A DNA stretch of 63,467 nucleotides, the filler included, from Pelomyxa schiedti (Eukaryota > Protista > Evosea): the NCBI GenBank assembly GCA_020536535.1. It is 6 parts of 6 records of this genome, joined end to end, with 100 filler letters (N's around TTAATTAATTAA, not from the genome) between each part and the next. Parts side by side here need not be neighbours in the genome. Positions count along the whole stretch, not along the records: positions 17,107 to 30,008 come from JAHLWZ010000210.1; positions 30,109 to 45,976 come from JAHLWZ010000415.1; 4 more parts are not named here. The stretch is one strand, 5' to 3'. Positions 24,447-36,949 of the stretch are shown one piece after another. The notes beneath the pieces are model-generated. The model made no database searches, was not told where the DNA came from, and saw only the letters and a program-made list of their open reading frames with translations. How positions within the stretch are numbered: the first letter of the stretch is position 1; the number at the start of each line of letters is the position of its first letter. Made by a program: the position numbers and the translations under genes.

Positions 24447-24525
24447 AGAGGACAAGGAAGAGGAGGACAAAGAGGAGCAATACAAGGAAGAGGAGGACAA
24501 AGAGGAGGAAGAGGAGGAGCAGACA
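24447..24525 (+). repeat. Purine-rich imperfect tandem repeat (RGG/QRGG-encoding)
   Basis: caaggaagaggaggacaaagaggag occurs twice, plus partial copies. Confidence 0.7.
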
Positions 24526-25025
24526 ATTACAGGGAATTTGCCTTTAGACATCAAACACACAGTCGTTTTTTGATGCCTCTACTAATTGAAGCATTACATT
24601 TGGGGGGTGTGCACATCATCTCACCCAGAACAATGGGGTGATCCAAATCAGTGGTGACATGGTTTCCACATTGGCAATTCTGGGCACAATCTTGGTTGAT
24701 AACAACCCAAACTTGAGGGGAGAGGGTGGAAGTAACCTGGTGCAAGGTTGCATCTTGGTGAATGCCTTTATTTTCCTGCACAGCTGCAAGATCAGTTCTA
24801 TGACAATTTACCTGAGGACATCCAACTTGAGCTGGACCAAGCTGGATATGTAGCCACAGCAGCACATTTTCAGTTTCCACAAGCCCAAAACCCTTAAAAT
24901 CAAGACACCAATCTTCCTTAATCTGTGAACAACAAAATTTTATTGGATTTTTTTTGGACTCACTGTCCGCGGCGCAAGCCAGGACCCCATTCTTGTCATC
25001 TAAAGTTCTATTTCTATCCATACCG

Positions 25026-27655
25026 CTAACACCAAGACCACGAAAAGGTGCCACAGTCCTGGAAGTCAGCCAGGATCTCAGTGCCATCCTCAGACAGGAT
25101 CACCACACGCCCAGAGTGCCCGCCCTCGCACGAGCACGCGCCGTGCCCGGCCCTGCTCCTCGGCACCTCCTCGTCGCCCTCGTTGGCCGGCTCCGCCCGC
25201 CCGCTCGCCGCGTCCGCCGTGACGATGCTCCCGGCCTCCAGCCCCGCCGTGCTCCCGCCGCCCCCTCCGCCTCCCCCCACCGCGAACTCCGCGTCCCGCG
25301 AGTTGCTCTCCCCTCCCGCGCCGCCCCCGCACGCCCCGCTCCTGGCGCTGCTGCTCGCGCTCCCGCCCTCGCCCCCGCCGTCGCTGCTCCTGCCCCCGGT
25401 GCCTGCCCCCGCGCCGCCGCTGCCTCCCCCGCCGTTCCCGTCGATTCCGTCCCCCCCGGGGCTCTGGTAGGCGCCCCCGGCGCCGCCGCTCCCCAGGTGG
25501 CCGCCGCTGGCCCCGCCTCCCCCGCCTCCGCCGCCGCCTCCGGGGTCGTAGCGGCCTCCGCCTCCGCCGCCTCCGCCTGCCGCTGCTATCAGCCTGGTGG
25601 TCTTGGAGTCCAGGATGAACGACCTGTCGCCGCCTCCACCTCCTCCACATGAGGTGCCGCAGCCGCCGTGGCCGCCAACGGAGATTATGAGCGCTCCGGA
25701 ACCTGGTGGGAGCCTCACGATTCCTTGGACGAAGCCCCCACCTCCGCCACTTGTTGCTGTTCTGCCGTAGACTCCTTCTCCACAATCTCCACTTCCCCCA
25801 CCGGCACCCCACAGCTTCACCATCACACCAGGTGTCGACATTGTCTTCACGGCTCTTGTTGGTTTGGAGAATGGTGACGATGAGCCTGCTTTCGTGATTG
25901 CACGTACCGCAGCTTTGTATTCCGTTCCCGGCTGCACTCCCTCGCTCAGTATTGCCTGGTATTTGTGGGGTTCTCTCCTTGAGATGCAATCTGATGGCGG
26001 CAGTCTCTTTGCGGAGCACAAATTGCCACTGTTGGATTCCATAATCTGCACCTCGTATTCTGTGATGAGTGCACCACTCCCTCCACCAGCTGGTGGGTCC
26101 CACGTCACTGTCACTGATGTGGCAGTAACAGCAGCAATGTCAACTCCAGTGATTTCCACCGGTGGCTCTGTGAACATGGATAAGAGAGAAATGAGGCTGG
26201 GGTGTGGCTGAATACCAATGAGAGTTATTGATCCAATCTTGGCCAGCTGAGTGAGGATTTCCTGTGGCTCAGCAATTCGCACATCAAATCTCAGAGGGTT
26301 CCATGACGTGGTTGCAGTGTCACTGCTGACCCCCTTGTAATTCTTTTTTGGTTGTTTCAAATTATTAACCGGATGAATGAATTTCACATTCACTCATCTA
26401 AACAGAGCAGCATACCTTTAACAGGTTTTGGCACCGCTGAGTTGTGTCTGTCAATACCTGCAATTCTGTTCCTTCTGACAGAGATTGTGCAAATTTCTGT
26501 GACGCAATCTCAATCTGTGATGATACACATTTCAGGTGCCTCATCCTCTCACCAGTCTTGGATTCTGAGATTGCCGTTAATAGGTTTTATGAAAAACATC
26601 ACAGACAACAAACCACAGTCTGCTTTCAACTTCTCTGCAGCCTCAATCAATGCCGCTCTTTTTTTCTCTGCTTCCTCAATGATCATTGCCAACTGGGCAG
26701 TGATATCCTTCTCGAACTTGGTGATTATCTTTGGAGGAAATATTGTTGGAAAATCAGTGGGAGATATGAAAGAAAATGTGGGAACTACCTCAGTGGTGCA
26801 GCGAGACTCAGCGCAAAGTTCGTTCTGCAGCAAAGAGAGACACTTGGAGTGCCCATTGAGTTCCTGAATGCAACCAGATAGTGTCTTCTGGCACTCGGCT
26901 CTCCATTTGTTGATTGGAACAACGTTGTGCCCTCTGTGTGATCCAAACTGTGCACACGCAGCACACACTGCATGTTGACATGTCTGGTGCTGAGGATTAT
27001 TCCCACTGGATGAAGAAGATGACGATGACTTGCAGAACAAGTCCAGGGGTAGGTTGTGCTCTTGGCATTGATTCATCATTTGGTGGGATGTGCCTATTTC
27101 ATAAACGGAGGTGGATTTGACAATTTGGGGAAGCAGAGCGTGATTTACAGGAAGCGCCGTGCTCGTTGTCAATGAGATTTGCACTTCTCCAACGGTTCCA
27201 CACAAGAGGCACTTGATTGGATCAGTTGGGGGGTTCACATCAGCAAAATCCTTGCTTTTTCTTGTTCCACATGTCTGTGGTGTGATTAATGTCATGTCAA
27301 ACCCAACCCACCCAAACAAAAAAAAAACAAAAAGAACACCCAACAAACATACAAGAGAACATATTTTGGCCAGGGATCTGCCGGCGTCGGCACATTCCAA
27401 ACACACCGTGTGGCCACACCCTGGCATCACAACAGGACACGCTGGCCCACAATTCATTCTTTCCGTTGCTTCTGCTGCTGCTGATGTGCAGGGAGTCGTG
27501 GTGGCCGGCGTGGGTGTTGTGGAGAGAACACCCACCGTCGCGACGACATCATCGTAGAGCCTCCCGCACACACCGCAACACACCACGGACTCCTCGTGCT
27601 CTCCACCTCCTCCCGCCCTGCCGACCTTCATCAAATTAGAAATGATGTTTTCCAA
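25026..27655 (-). CDS. TRIM-like protein: RING, B-box, coiled coil, FN3 and a glycine-rich C-terminal domain
   Basis: CGVC..CGHTVCLEC..CLLC (RING with insertions); CQEHNLPLDLFC..VCAACAQFGSHRGH (B-box); helical AKFEKDITAQLAMIIEEAEKKRAALIEAAEKLK; FN3 VTATSVTVTWDPP..ITEYEV..PGTEYKAAVRAITKAGSS; then VKLWGAGGGSG..GGGGGFVQG..ISVGGHGG..GGDRSFI..AAAGGGGG (ALK/LTK-type Gly-rich domain). Confidence 0.78.
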
Positions 27656-28049
27656 GAACCCGGCTGAGCAAATGAAAGAATTGTGAAACGGAACGATTCA
27701 GAATTCCAACCGCCAGAGCCGGTGTTGTGGTGGACTGAAGTGACAGTTTTTTTTTATGCTCATGAGTAAATATTCATGGTTTTGGTTATGGTTTTTCAGT
27801 GGACAGGCAACAGGAAAAGGGAAGGGTCATGAGGTCGAGGCAACTGAACCCAGTAAATTTGATTGCAAGGATGCTCCATCAGAACTCTTCCTTCTCCTCC
27901 TCATCACAACAGAACCAAGAAACGAGTGACCAACAGGAAGAGGCCACGTCGTTGTGCTCACAACCACCAGGCTCCTACTTTTGTATGTCTGCTCCAAGTC
28001 CACAACAGACATCACAGCCCTCTTCGCCGTGCCCTGTGTGATGATTGCC

Positions 28050-28629
28050 TCACTGCACATTCACCACTGCATTGGAAAGCACCTTCATGGTCACAAAAAC
28101 GAAACATCCACCACTCTCACCATCACCGCACTCAATTTCTTCGCTGCCGACAGCAGACCTGGAAACAACTGCAATCACGGCACACATGGACACAACACCA
28201 ACGGTGACACACCAGCCTGAGTCCCCGTCATCATCATCATTGTGGGAGGAGGAGGAAGAGGAGGAGTACCACGGCACCACGGACGTCAGCGACACGCCCC
28301 ACTTGGAGTTTGCACCCCACTTCCTCGCGGGTGGGGACTGTGCGTGCTCGGCGGCCGCACGGTCACCGTGGTTCTGCTCACCGGCCGCTGGGGCCGTCGT
28401 GGGGCGCCCGAGTGGGCGCGCGGAACACGCTGAGGAGCACCGGGGAGAGTGACAGAGTGAGGGTGGAGAGCACGAGGCCGGACCACACAAGGTAGCGGAC
28501 GAGGTGGTGGGCGTGGTGGGGTCCCATAACCGCGAGCAGGGCGCCTCGGCTGCCGCACCTGGGGTGGATCCCCGCGGCCAGTGCCGCCATTTGGTCCCGT
28601 GTCATGAGAGTGGCGTGGCTCTGCGGCAT
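28050..28629 (-). CDS. Hypothetical protein (GC-rich first exon, MPQSHATLMTRDQMAALAAGIHPRCGSRG...)
   Basis: ATG lies 35 nt downstream of the kinase stop, in CpG-rich open frames. Exon structure unresolved. Confidence 0.35.
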
Positions 28630-28663
28630 CTAGCCGTTGAAAAAATTCAAAACAATTTTTGAA

Positions 28664-30008
28664 TCACGAGGTGATGGTGGTGGCCACAAGTGGGGCGATT
28701 GTGGTGATTGCCTGCGCAGCTGACATCCTCAGAGACTGTTGTGGGTGCATCATTCCCAGCATTACCCGCGTGAGGCACTCCACTCTCGGGTCTTCGGGTG
28801 CATTGCTTGCTGTGGATGATGATCGTGCTGATGTGGTGGTGTTGCTGGTGGGAGGGGCAGAGAAAGGAGGGGGCAGAGGGAACGATGCAGCGAGGGATTC
28901 GGCGGTGAACCTGGCCATGTCGCCATTCAGCCTGCTCCCGATGAACTTGTGGGATGGGGGAAGGAGGGCATTCCAGAACGTGAGGGCGAGGCTGAACGAG
29001 TCACACTTGGACAGTGAGAACAGCTGTGCCGAACCGCGGGAATTGCCGATGAATGCCATAACCTCCGGCGGAATGGTTCCGAGGTTTCCCCATGTGTTGC
29101 CGGTGGGTGTGAGGAGTGCTATCATGTTGTTGCTGTGGCCTTGGTTGTCTGGAACACATTGCTGCGCCATTCCGAAGTCGATAAGAGTGAGCCGGTTGGT
29201 TTGCGGGTCCACAACGATGTTATCTTCCTNNNNNNNNNNNNNNNNNNNNNNNNNNNNNNNNNNNNNNNNNNNNNNNNNNNNNNNNNNNNNNNNNNNNNNN
29301 NNNNNNNNNNNNNNNNNNNNNNNNNNNNNGTGAGGAGTGCTATCATGTTGTTGCTGTGGCCTTGGTTGTCTGGAACACATTGCTGCGCCATTCCGAAGTC
29401 GATAAGAGTGAGCCGGTTGGTTTGCGGGTCCACAACGATGTTATCTTCCTTGATGTCTCTGCTTTCGAGGTTAGAATCCAGGATGGAAATGAAAAAGCGG
29501 CACACCTGTGGACAATCAAATTTGACTCGAGGTGGTTGACCGCGGAAAGAGCTTGGTGGAATGCATTCAGAGTGAGCGGAACCTGCTGTTGTGGGGGCAA
29601 GGAGGGCAAGAACGAACGCGGGGAACCGGACAAGCAAACACCACCACACGGCATGAAGAACACGAATGACTTGTGATTCTTGGCCCACTCCTCATAAGCT
29701 GGCTGGTCATGAATAAGGTCAAGGAATTCTTGCGGTAAACTTGTTTGGGTTAGGTGAGGGAAAAATGAGGTGGTTGACACACACACACCTCGGGATGACG
29801 AAGGCACCAAGAGGGTGGATGATGTTCCTGTGATGAGGAATCAACGACAGAGTCTCACACTCGGTCATGTATTTGTTCCTCAGCTGTGTTTGTGTGGAAA
29901 TATTCTCCATGTTGAACTGGAGCTTCATGACCATCATCTGCGGGTCTGGGGATGCCTTGCTTCCACGAAATTGCACCTTGAATGCTGCTCCGTATGAGCC
30001 GGTTCCAA
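28664..30008 (-). CDS. Lineage-expanded Ser/Thr-type protein kinase, 5'-truncated at the scaffold end
   Basis: VMKLQFN..ECETLSLIPHHRNIIHPLG; spliced VHR/DIKEDNIVVD; LIDFG; GNLGTIPPE; CDSFSLA; RMSAAQA. Spans a 100-N gap with an overlap duplication. Confidence 0.85.
29230..29329. other. Scaffold gap (100 N); flanks overlap by about 120 bp
   Basis: gtgaggagtgctatcatg...ttatcttcct is present both before (about 29109-29229) and after (29330-29450) the gap. Confidence 0.9.
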
Positions 30009-30108
30009 NNNNNNNNNNNNNNNNNNNNNNNNNNNNNNNNNNNNNNNNNNNNTTAATTAATTAANNNNNNNNNNNNNNNNNNNNNNNNNNNNNNNNNNNN
30101 NNNNNNNN
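30009..30108. other. Artificial contig-joining spacer
   Basis: 44N-TTAATTAATTAA-44N. Confidence 0.97.
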
Positions 30109-30491
30109 GATGTCTTGTCTCCAGATATCAATGGAGCCTTGGTTTTGAATACCTTGTTGGTTTGCCCAAGAGAATGTAGGGTAGTTGACTGGAGGCAAAA
30201 CTCAAAAATTGGTTGTGAGTGTGATGTTAGAAAGCAGGTCTTGCTCAGGATCAGGCAAGTCCTCACAAGGAGCAGAGAGGCCCCTCTGCAAAAAAGGTAC
30301 AGGTGTATGCAATAGCTTTTTTGCCTTTTTACCTCCCTATTGTTGTACTACACCGTTGTTTGTAACTGGGACTTTCCAGCCAGAACAAACACCCACTTGG
30401 GGTGACTGTTTTGCACATCCAGATATGAGGTTGTTCGGCACTGGCACAACACTCGAAGGCACCACACAGTGTTTTGGCTTTTTTTTGTTCG

Positions 30492-31063
30492 TTAATTGGT
30501 TGTGACTGTGAGCAAACCATAAATCTCAAATCCACCAACCATGAGGTAGTTGTTGCTACTTGAGTTGAGACCAGTGATCACCACACGAAACACACTGAAC
30601 GACGAGGTTGGAGTGGGTGGAGCAGCATCCCACGACCCAACTCCGTATTTTGCAACAATTGTCTGGTCATTTGCATGCCTCGTGATGGTTGTCCATGTTG
30701 TGCCGTCGTTTGATCCCCTCAGCTCCCAGTTCCGAATGTAGTCACTGCCGTTGTAGTCGTGCCTGATTGAGTACTTTGACGGCCTCACTGACCCGCCACA
30801 TGGTCTCAGGTCCACCTGCCACCAACTGTTCGCCTCATTGGCGGTGTAGCTGTAGCTATTGTAGTCACGTTCGAGTGCGTTCTGTGGTGCCCCTTCGTTG
30901 GCACAGGACCACGAGGCGATGACGAGGCCCGAGGTGTGGGGGTTGACATAATTGGGAGTGTGGTTGCCGGGGTTGTGCCTTGGATCGGGAGTGGTTCCCA
31001 ACCACCACATGGCACCTTGATGGTCCCAGTTGCTGCTGAACGTGAACTCGACCGTGGTGGGAC
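30492..31063 (-). CDS. Discoidin/galactose-binding-like (F5/8-type, HECTD1/BTB-associated) terminal exon, copy 1; upstream exons not visible
   Basis: CAG acceptor at 31064-31066, then ..FTFSSNWDHQGAMWWLGT..NSWWQVDL..RPSKYSIRH..IRNWELRGSNDGTTW..FRVVITG..YLMVGGFEIYG..TN*. About 95% identical to 44886-45457. Confidence 0.8.
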
Positions 31064-31143
31064 CTGTGGGCCAATTTTAGTTTGATGCACAATGCCACAA
31101 TGAACAAGCATCTCTTTGCAAAAAAAAAAAAAAAAAAAAAAAG

Positions 31144-31243
31144 NNNNNNNNNNNNNNNNNNNNNNNNNNNNNNNNNNNNNNNNNNNNNNNNNNNNNNNNN
31201 NNNNNNNNNNNNNNNNNNNNNNNNNNNNNNNNNNNNNNNNNNN
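31144..31243. other. Scaffold gap (100 N) inside an intronic poly-T tract
   Basis: Plain N run after a plus-strand poly-A tract. Confidence 0.9.
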
Positions 31244-33309
31244 ATTTCCCTAGAGTGCAAAGAGATCTGCTACGCCTCAGGCGCAAACACCTCGCAATGC
31301 TTCGTCCTGCCCCCCATCCCCTTGTTGTGTTTTGATTTCGTTTTAGTTAGTCAAAGTTGTGTGCCACAAACAAGAGCCATCATAGTCATATTAAAGCCAC
31401 TGTTTCTCGCAATGCTATTAAAAATACACAAATGGATTTATGGTGAGTAGGGCACTTACAGGCACTTAGAAAAAACATGCAAATGCAATGAAGAGAAATG
31501 ACGATACCTGTGATGCTGCGGATACCGTGGGAGATCTGGTTTATTCGGTTGTTGGCTTGGCATACGCCACCATGCAGTGCGGCTTTGTTTTTTTTCCTGT
31601 TATTAACGACGCCTAGCACTTGTTTCCCAGGCCCAATTTTTGGGAACGAATTTCCGTCCCACCAACTTGAGGATTTTGGAGACTGGAGTTTTTTCACACT
31701 TTCTCTCACTGAAACATGTTGTACCCCATGTAATTGTGGGGTAAGAACCACAGTGTAATCTCAGGGACAGAGTACAGACAGTCCAAAGAAGTGCACAAAA
31801 CAAACCTTTTCGGAAATTTTCGAAGTGATAGACCCGCGAGCGGCACCCGATCGCCTGCGTATCTTTCTTCATTTTACTACAACAACCACAACAACATGGG
31901 ATCTACCGGCCCGGATGGATTCCGAGTAAATGACACGGGCCTCGTATGGTGTGCCGCGTTGGTTGGTAGCCCTGGCTGGGACCCACCGGTGGGACAAGAA
32001 GGAACCCCCATTGGGGGGGCCGGGGGGTTGGTTGCTACGAGTGCCAAAAAGCACGCATAACAACCACCCGCTGTAAATACGCAGAACGCCGTTTGGGTGG
32101 TGAGCCGTTGCGTGTGGTTTTGCTTTGTAGAAAAGGGATGTAATGGGAAATGTATTTACCTGAGTTAAACTCAAACCTACACATGCGAGCAGTGACAACA
32201 AGAAGTGTTCCAAGTGGTATACACATACTCAATAATCTTTTGACATGTTTATCTAGATTCGTGGTCGTCCCTATCTTCCATTGATAAAATGCACATCAAA
32301 AGCTTGTCAGGAAATGCACACCCTGGATTACTTACTAGCCTCTCAGCTAACACAAAGGAAACCTTCTTCTTTTCGCCATCCATGGCAACAACATCCTCAG
32401 CACCTCCTGGTCTCACAATAACATAAACCCACATTCCATCCATGTAATAGACAAAAAGAAAGAACGAAGAAAAATTTGTACAAAAAAAAGTGCTTTGCTT
32501 TATTGAGAGTTCAAACAGCATGAACATTGTTGCCAAAGGCGGCCAAAGAGATACTGTCCTTTGCGATGCCAGAGCCAATTCGCAAGCCGGTAGACCAGTA
32601 AAGCAAAGCAAAGCAGAAGCCAAGCTGGGACGGGAATCCAGAACAGGATCAATTGGCAACACCAGAAGTGGGAGCAGGGGTTTGGCTAGAAAGACCCTCA
32701 ACCAGATGGCCAGACTGAAAATATGTTAGTGTAAGACGAAATGTAAGGAGAATGTGTTTACCGGGTACATAATCTGTGCTTGTTCTGATGGATCTCCGAT
32801 CCATTTAAAAGGCTTGGGCGTTGTCCGAGTAGGAGAAACAGGCGTCGTAGTGGTAGGTTCAATCGTCACAGGCCTCGTTCGAGGAGTACGGCGTATGAAA
32901 GGGACCGTACTTGTGTGGTTGTTGCTAACTGGGGCCTGGGTTTGTGGTGTGCCAACCGGTCGCGGAGCTGCGGTTGTTGATATCATCAACGTGGTTGAGG
33001 GTCTTTGTTGTTTGGGGACCGTGGCAGTTGTTGGAGGCGTCAGAAGTGACTTGGGCAGCACCACATTAGCACCTCTAATAGGAAGTGACTTTCTGGTGCT
33101 GGATCCTAAGGTACTAATTTTAAGGAGTGCCTCCCTAAGAGTTTCTGTTGGCACTACTTCGACTGGTCTTGGTCCCTAGAAGGTCAGAACAACTGGTGCG
33201 GTCAGTGTTGATGTCGATCCTGAGGCTGACGTTGATGGTGGAGGTGGAATTGGAGCCTGGGGGGGGGCTGTTGTTGCTCATCGGGATGATAGGGGAGTAA
33301 CGGTACTAG

Positions 33310-33720
33310 GAAGGCATTGATAACAGCGGCAGCCATGTGCCTAATGCAGTAGATACAAGACAAGGTAATTTGCACTGAGGCACCCAATGCCGCATGGATA
33401 TACAATGCTACAGTGGCAAAAAGCCAGGAAGGGATGGCGTGGATGACGGTGGTAGACAGTTTCCAGCTGCATGTAAAGCAAGAGCAGATCATGGGCAGTC
33501 TGGTACCCAATACCACACGGATATCCAACGCTACTGTATGTATACGAGAGCAGGTTGAGGGAATAAAGGATCGTGAAGCATTGATAACGGCGACAGCCAA
33601 ATGCCGAGTGCAGTGGAAGCAATAACATGTCCTTAGCACTGCAGCTTCCAAGTCGCACGAATATCCAATGCTACTGTACGCACACGAGAGCAGGCAGAGT
33701 AAATCAACAACGACAGCCCC
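33310..33720. repeat. Degenerate tandem repeat, about 125-135 bp period, 3+ units
   Basis: Recurring blocks gcattgataac(a/g)gcg(g/a)cagcc and (g/a)atat(a/c)caa(t/c)gctac(a/t)gt, about 125-135 nt apart. Confidence 0.55.
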
Positions 33721-34806
33721 AAGACAATAGATCGTCGTCGGCGGTACAGGTGCACCAGTCCCTGTGCCGTCTTGAACAAACATATGGCCAATAAGGCCAG
33801 CTAGTGGAACCGCACACAACGCAACATTGATAGAGCCAGGCGGCCAGTATCCCAGAAAACTTGGCTCGGGTCTTCGAACCAGGGTATTGTACGTGGAAGG
33901 CGCCATCCCCCGACGGCCACGCGGTAGCCATTTTGATCGTAGACACTCCAGTCATCAGAAAGCCATACGTGACGCAGAGCGTTTTCCAGGGCAGTCGAAC
34001 TCGACGTAAACAAACTCAAGACTGCCCTCCACTAGCAGTGTACAACAACCCAACAATACAAGCGTGCGAAAACCGCAATACGTGCTCGAGAAGAAATTAC
34101 CAGTCCTAGGTTAAAAGATACTTAGTTTGAGAACAGGTAATAGATTGATACACAGCCGAAAAAGAAAAAACGGACAAGCACAGGATGAGTGGACAACATA
34201 CCGCGACAGCATAAATGTTTGCGATTATTCCTGGGTGCCTTACCGGCCTCCCCCACAACGCGGTCGATGTAATTGAAACGCACAAACACCTGCGCATTGC
34301 GGTTAAGAAAGTTTGTTTGCCTGATGCTCGTATCTTTTCTACACACATCCCACCCCGACTCCTCGGTAATCATCACCCATAATAATCCGCTTCCCCACTA
34401 ACACCTTAGCATCTTGCCATGGCCGCAACACTCCACCTATTTGTGTGGTTACGCACCACGAAAAATATAGGTTTTTGTTTTTCCCCCCAAGGCGGCACCT
34501 TGGTCGAACATTTGATGAGGTTTAGAAGAGGAACAAGCCCAAAATTGACCCACAAGTACACTTTGGAGAGAGTTCTTCTTCAAATAGCGGAAATTTTAAG
34601 TTTTCTCGTTTGTGGTGCATAGTTGAAGTTGTTCATCGAAGGAGGAGGAAACTCTTCTGGAGAACAAGGGCCTTCTTGATTCAAGAAGAGCCCATGACCC
34701 CCTTTCAATTTATCCATCGAATTCTATGTTTGTGTTGTGTTGCTGAACCTCAACTCGACGCGTCCACCACCCCGTTCTTTTTTTTTTTGTAATTCCCCAT
34801 TTCGTT

Positions 34807-36865
34807 GTGAGCAAGCTGTATCCCATCAGTGACTTTGTCGATTTGCCTTGTGTTGGGGGTGGATCGTCGTCCCCACCAGGTGCTGGGAGGAAGGGTTGCT
34901 GTTGTTGTGGGGGATACAACTACGTCGAACAGCACGGGGAGGATGATGACGGTGGTGCGTCGATCAACAAGGGGAGGAGAGGGAGGATCGTGCATTTCGT
35001 GCACTTGATGGAGCTCAGCCTCGCCCTGTCTTTGGTGTTTTTGGCGTACAACGGTTCGTTTTTGAGTCGTTAAGCTTAGTCTAATGAATTATCGTTACTA
35101 TGAATTTTGCGCAGTGTGGGTGTTTTTTTTTCTTTTTCTATCCCCTCGAAGTAATTGGGTGTGTTGTGTAGGTACACAGGCTATAATGTCCAGTGTTATT
35201 TCGGGTAGTCTATCTTATTGGACATTGGCGACGATATACATATCACTGGGACTGAGTGCCATGTTTGCTTCGTCGGGGATTGTGAGCAAACTCACTCCAA
35301 AGTGGAGTATATGTGCTGGTGGTGTAGTCTATGCCGCATTCATATGTGCCAACTTGTACCCGAGGTATTACACACTTATTCCATGTGCCATTGTGCTTGG
35401 ATTTGGGGCTTCCATTTTGTGGGCAGGAGAAGGTGATTTAGTAACGACCCACTCTGCTGTGGAATTAATGGTTTCTCAGGTTCATATGTAGCCTATGCCT
35501 CTGGTGCTTACTCTGCAGCTGGAAATAATGCTCCACAGAGCTCCCTTGGACTGTTCAATGGCATCTTTTTTTCAACCTTCCAGGTTTTTCTCCAAACGTG
35601 GATGCTGTTGGTTTCAACACTTATTTGCAGGGGTCTACAGTAATTGGTTATCTTATTTCATCACTCGTTTTGGGGTCTGAGCCAAGTACAGATGTATTTG
35701 GGGGTTCAACATTAAGTAAGATTCCTCTTTTGAACTTGGTATCAGTAACACTCTTGCAGTACTGTTCATTGTGTATGCTGCTATTTGCATTGGAGGTCTT
35801 GCAGGGTTGCTTATCCTGCCACAAGAATATTCACTTGCTGCACCAGTAGCAGTGGAACCTCGACCCCCGACTCACAACAAAATACTTGAAGTGGTGAAGC
35901 ACCATACACTTGAAACTCTTATGCTGAACCGTGATAGGCGCATGGCTCTTCTGATTCCAATGATGTTGTATGATGGGCTACAGAGAGGTAATTCTCGCAT
36001 TCCTTGTATTAAACGCTGACTTGGACGTACTTCTACAGGGTTTACCTTTGGCGATTTTACCGCAAGTGTAATCAAGCCGAATCTCGGAGTTGATATGGTC
36101 GGCTATGTTCTTGCAGTGTATGGTATTTCTTGACCTGTCTTTTTTTATATTTCTTACGTTATCCACAGCTGCTGTAAATGCTGTTTGCTGTGGTGTATTT
36201 GGTTTGTAGATACTTTCTTTCCTACCTACTAAGTCTATATCCAGGTAAAATCGGTGATTTGATTGGCCTTCGAATAATACTTTCCGTTGGTATTGTACTG
36301 CAGGGACTTGTGTTCATATTTAACGTTTGTTGGTGTGAGGTAACTCTTTTCTTCTCACTAATGGAACTATCTATTCTAATATCACCAACAACACACATAG
36401 CTATTTGGCATTACAACTCTTGGAGATTCCAACTGGGGAATTGCTGTGGTCTGGATTTCTTCAGTAATGCTGGGAATCGGCGATGCCTTCATTTACACTG
36501 TGTTCTCCAACACAATAATTGGAACGTTCCCCTGCAAGCCCACGGCGTTCTCCAACTTCAAATTGTGGGTGAGCCTCGGCTACACTGTTGCCTTTGTGTG
36601 GGGTCCCTACATTGGGATAGAACTCAAGAGCGTTCTAATTGCTGCCTTGCTTGTTGTGGCTGCCTATTTCGTTTTCATTCTGGACAGAATGGTACAACCT
36701 ATCAATATCCCCAAATCAGGAGCACCCAAGCCACCACAACAAGAAAGCAAAGGAAAGAATGACAATGGTGGTGGGGATGACAATGATACTGATGATACAA
36801 ACACCACTGAGATTGACCCTTCAAAAAACCAATTGTTGATGGAGAAAGTTGGAAAGAGAACCTGA
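34807..36865 (+). CDS. UNC-93-like MFS transporter
   Basis: HLMELSLALSLVFLAYN/GTQAIMSS..LATIYISLGLS..IVSKLTPKWSICAGGVVYAAFICANLYPRYYTLIPCAIVLGFGASILWAGEG; later MLGIGDAF..FSNFKLWVSLGYTVAF. Start uncertain. Confidence 0.85.
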
Positions 36866-36949
36866 ACCCTCTTCACAATGAGCAAATCTCTTATTAGGTT
36901 TGTTTGACTTGTTATTTACAGAGTTTTTTTTAGCCTTAGGGTGCGTGCT

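Noticed and set aside
24954-26211. Long overlapping ORFs on several frames and strands (also 9541-10494, 46029-46995, 57363-58059, 60740-61623)
   Set aside because: These are shadow ORFs caused by high GC and low-complexity codons opposite real genes; no motifs.
29109-29450. Apparent tandem duplication of the kinase DFG exon
   Set aside because: The two copies flank a 100-N gap and are identical: an unmerged scaffold overlap.
31244-34600. P/T-rich and other ORFs (32249-33154, 33704-34376) as a retroelement or viral gene
   Set aside because: No diagnostic catalytic motif found; left unassigned.
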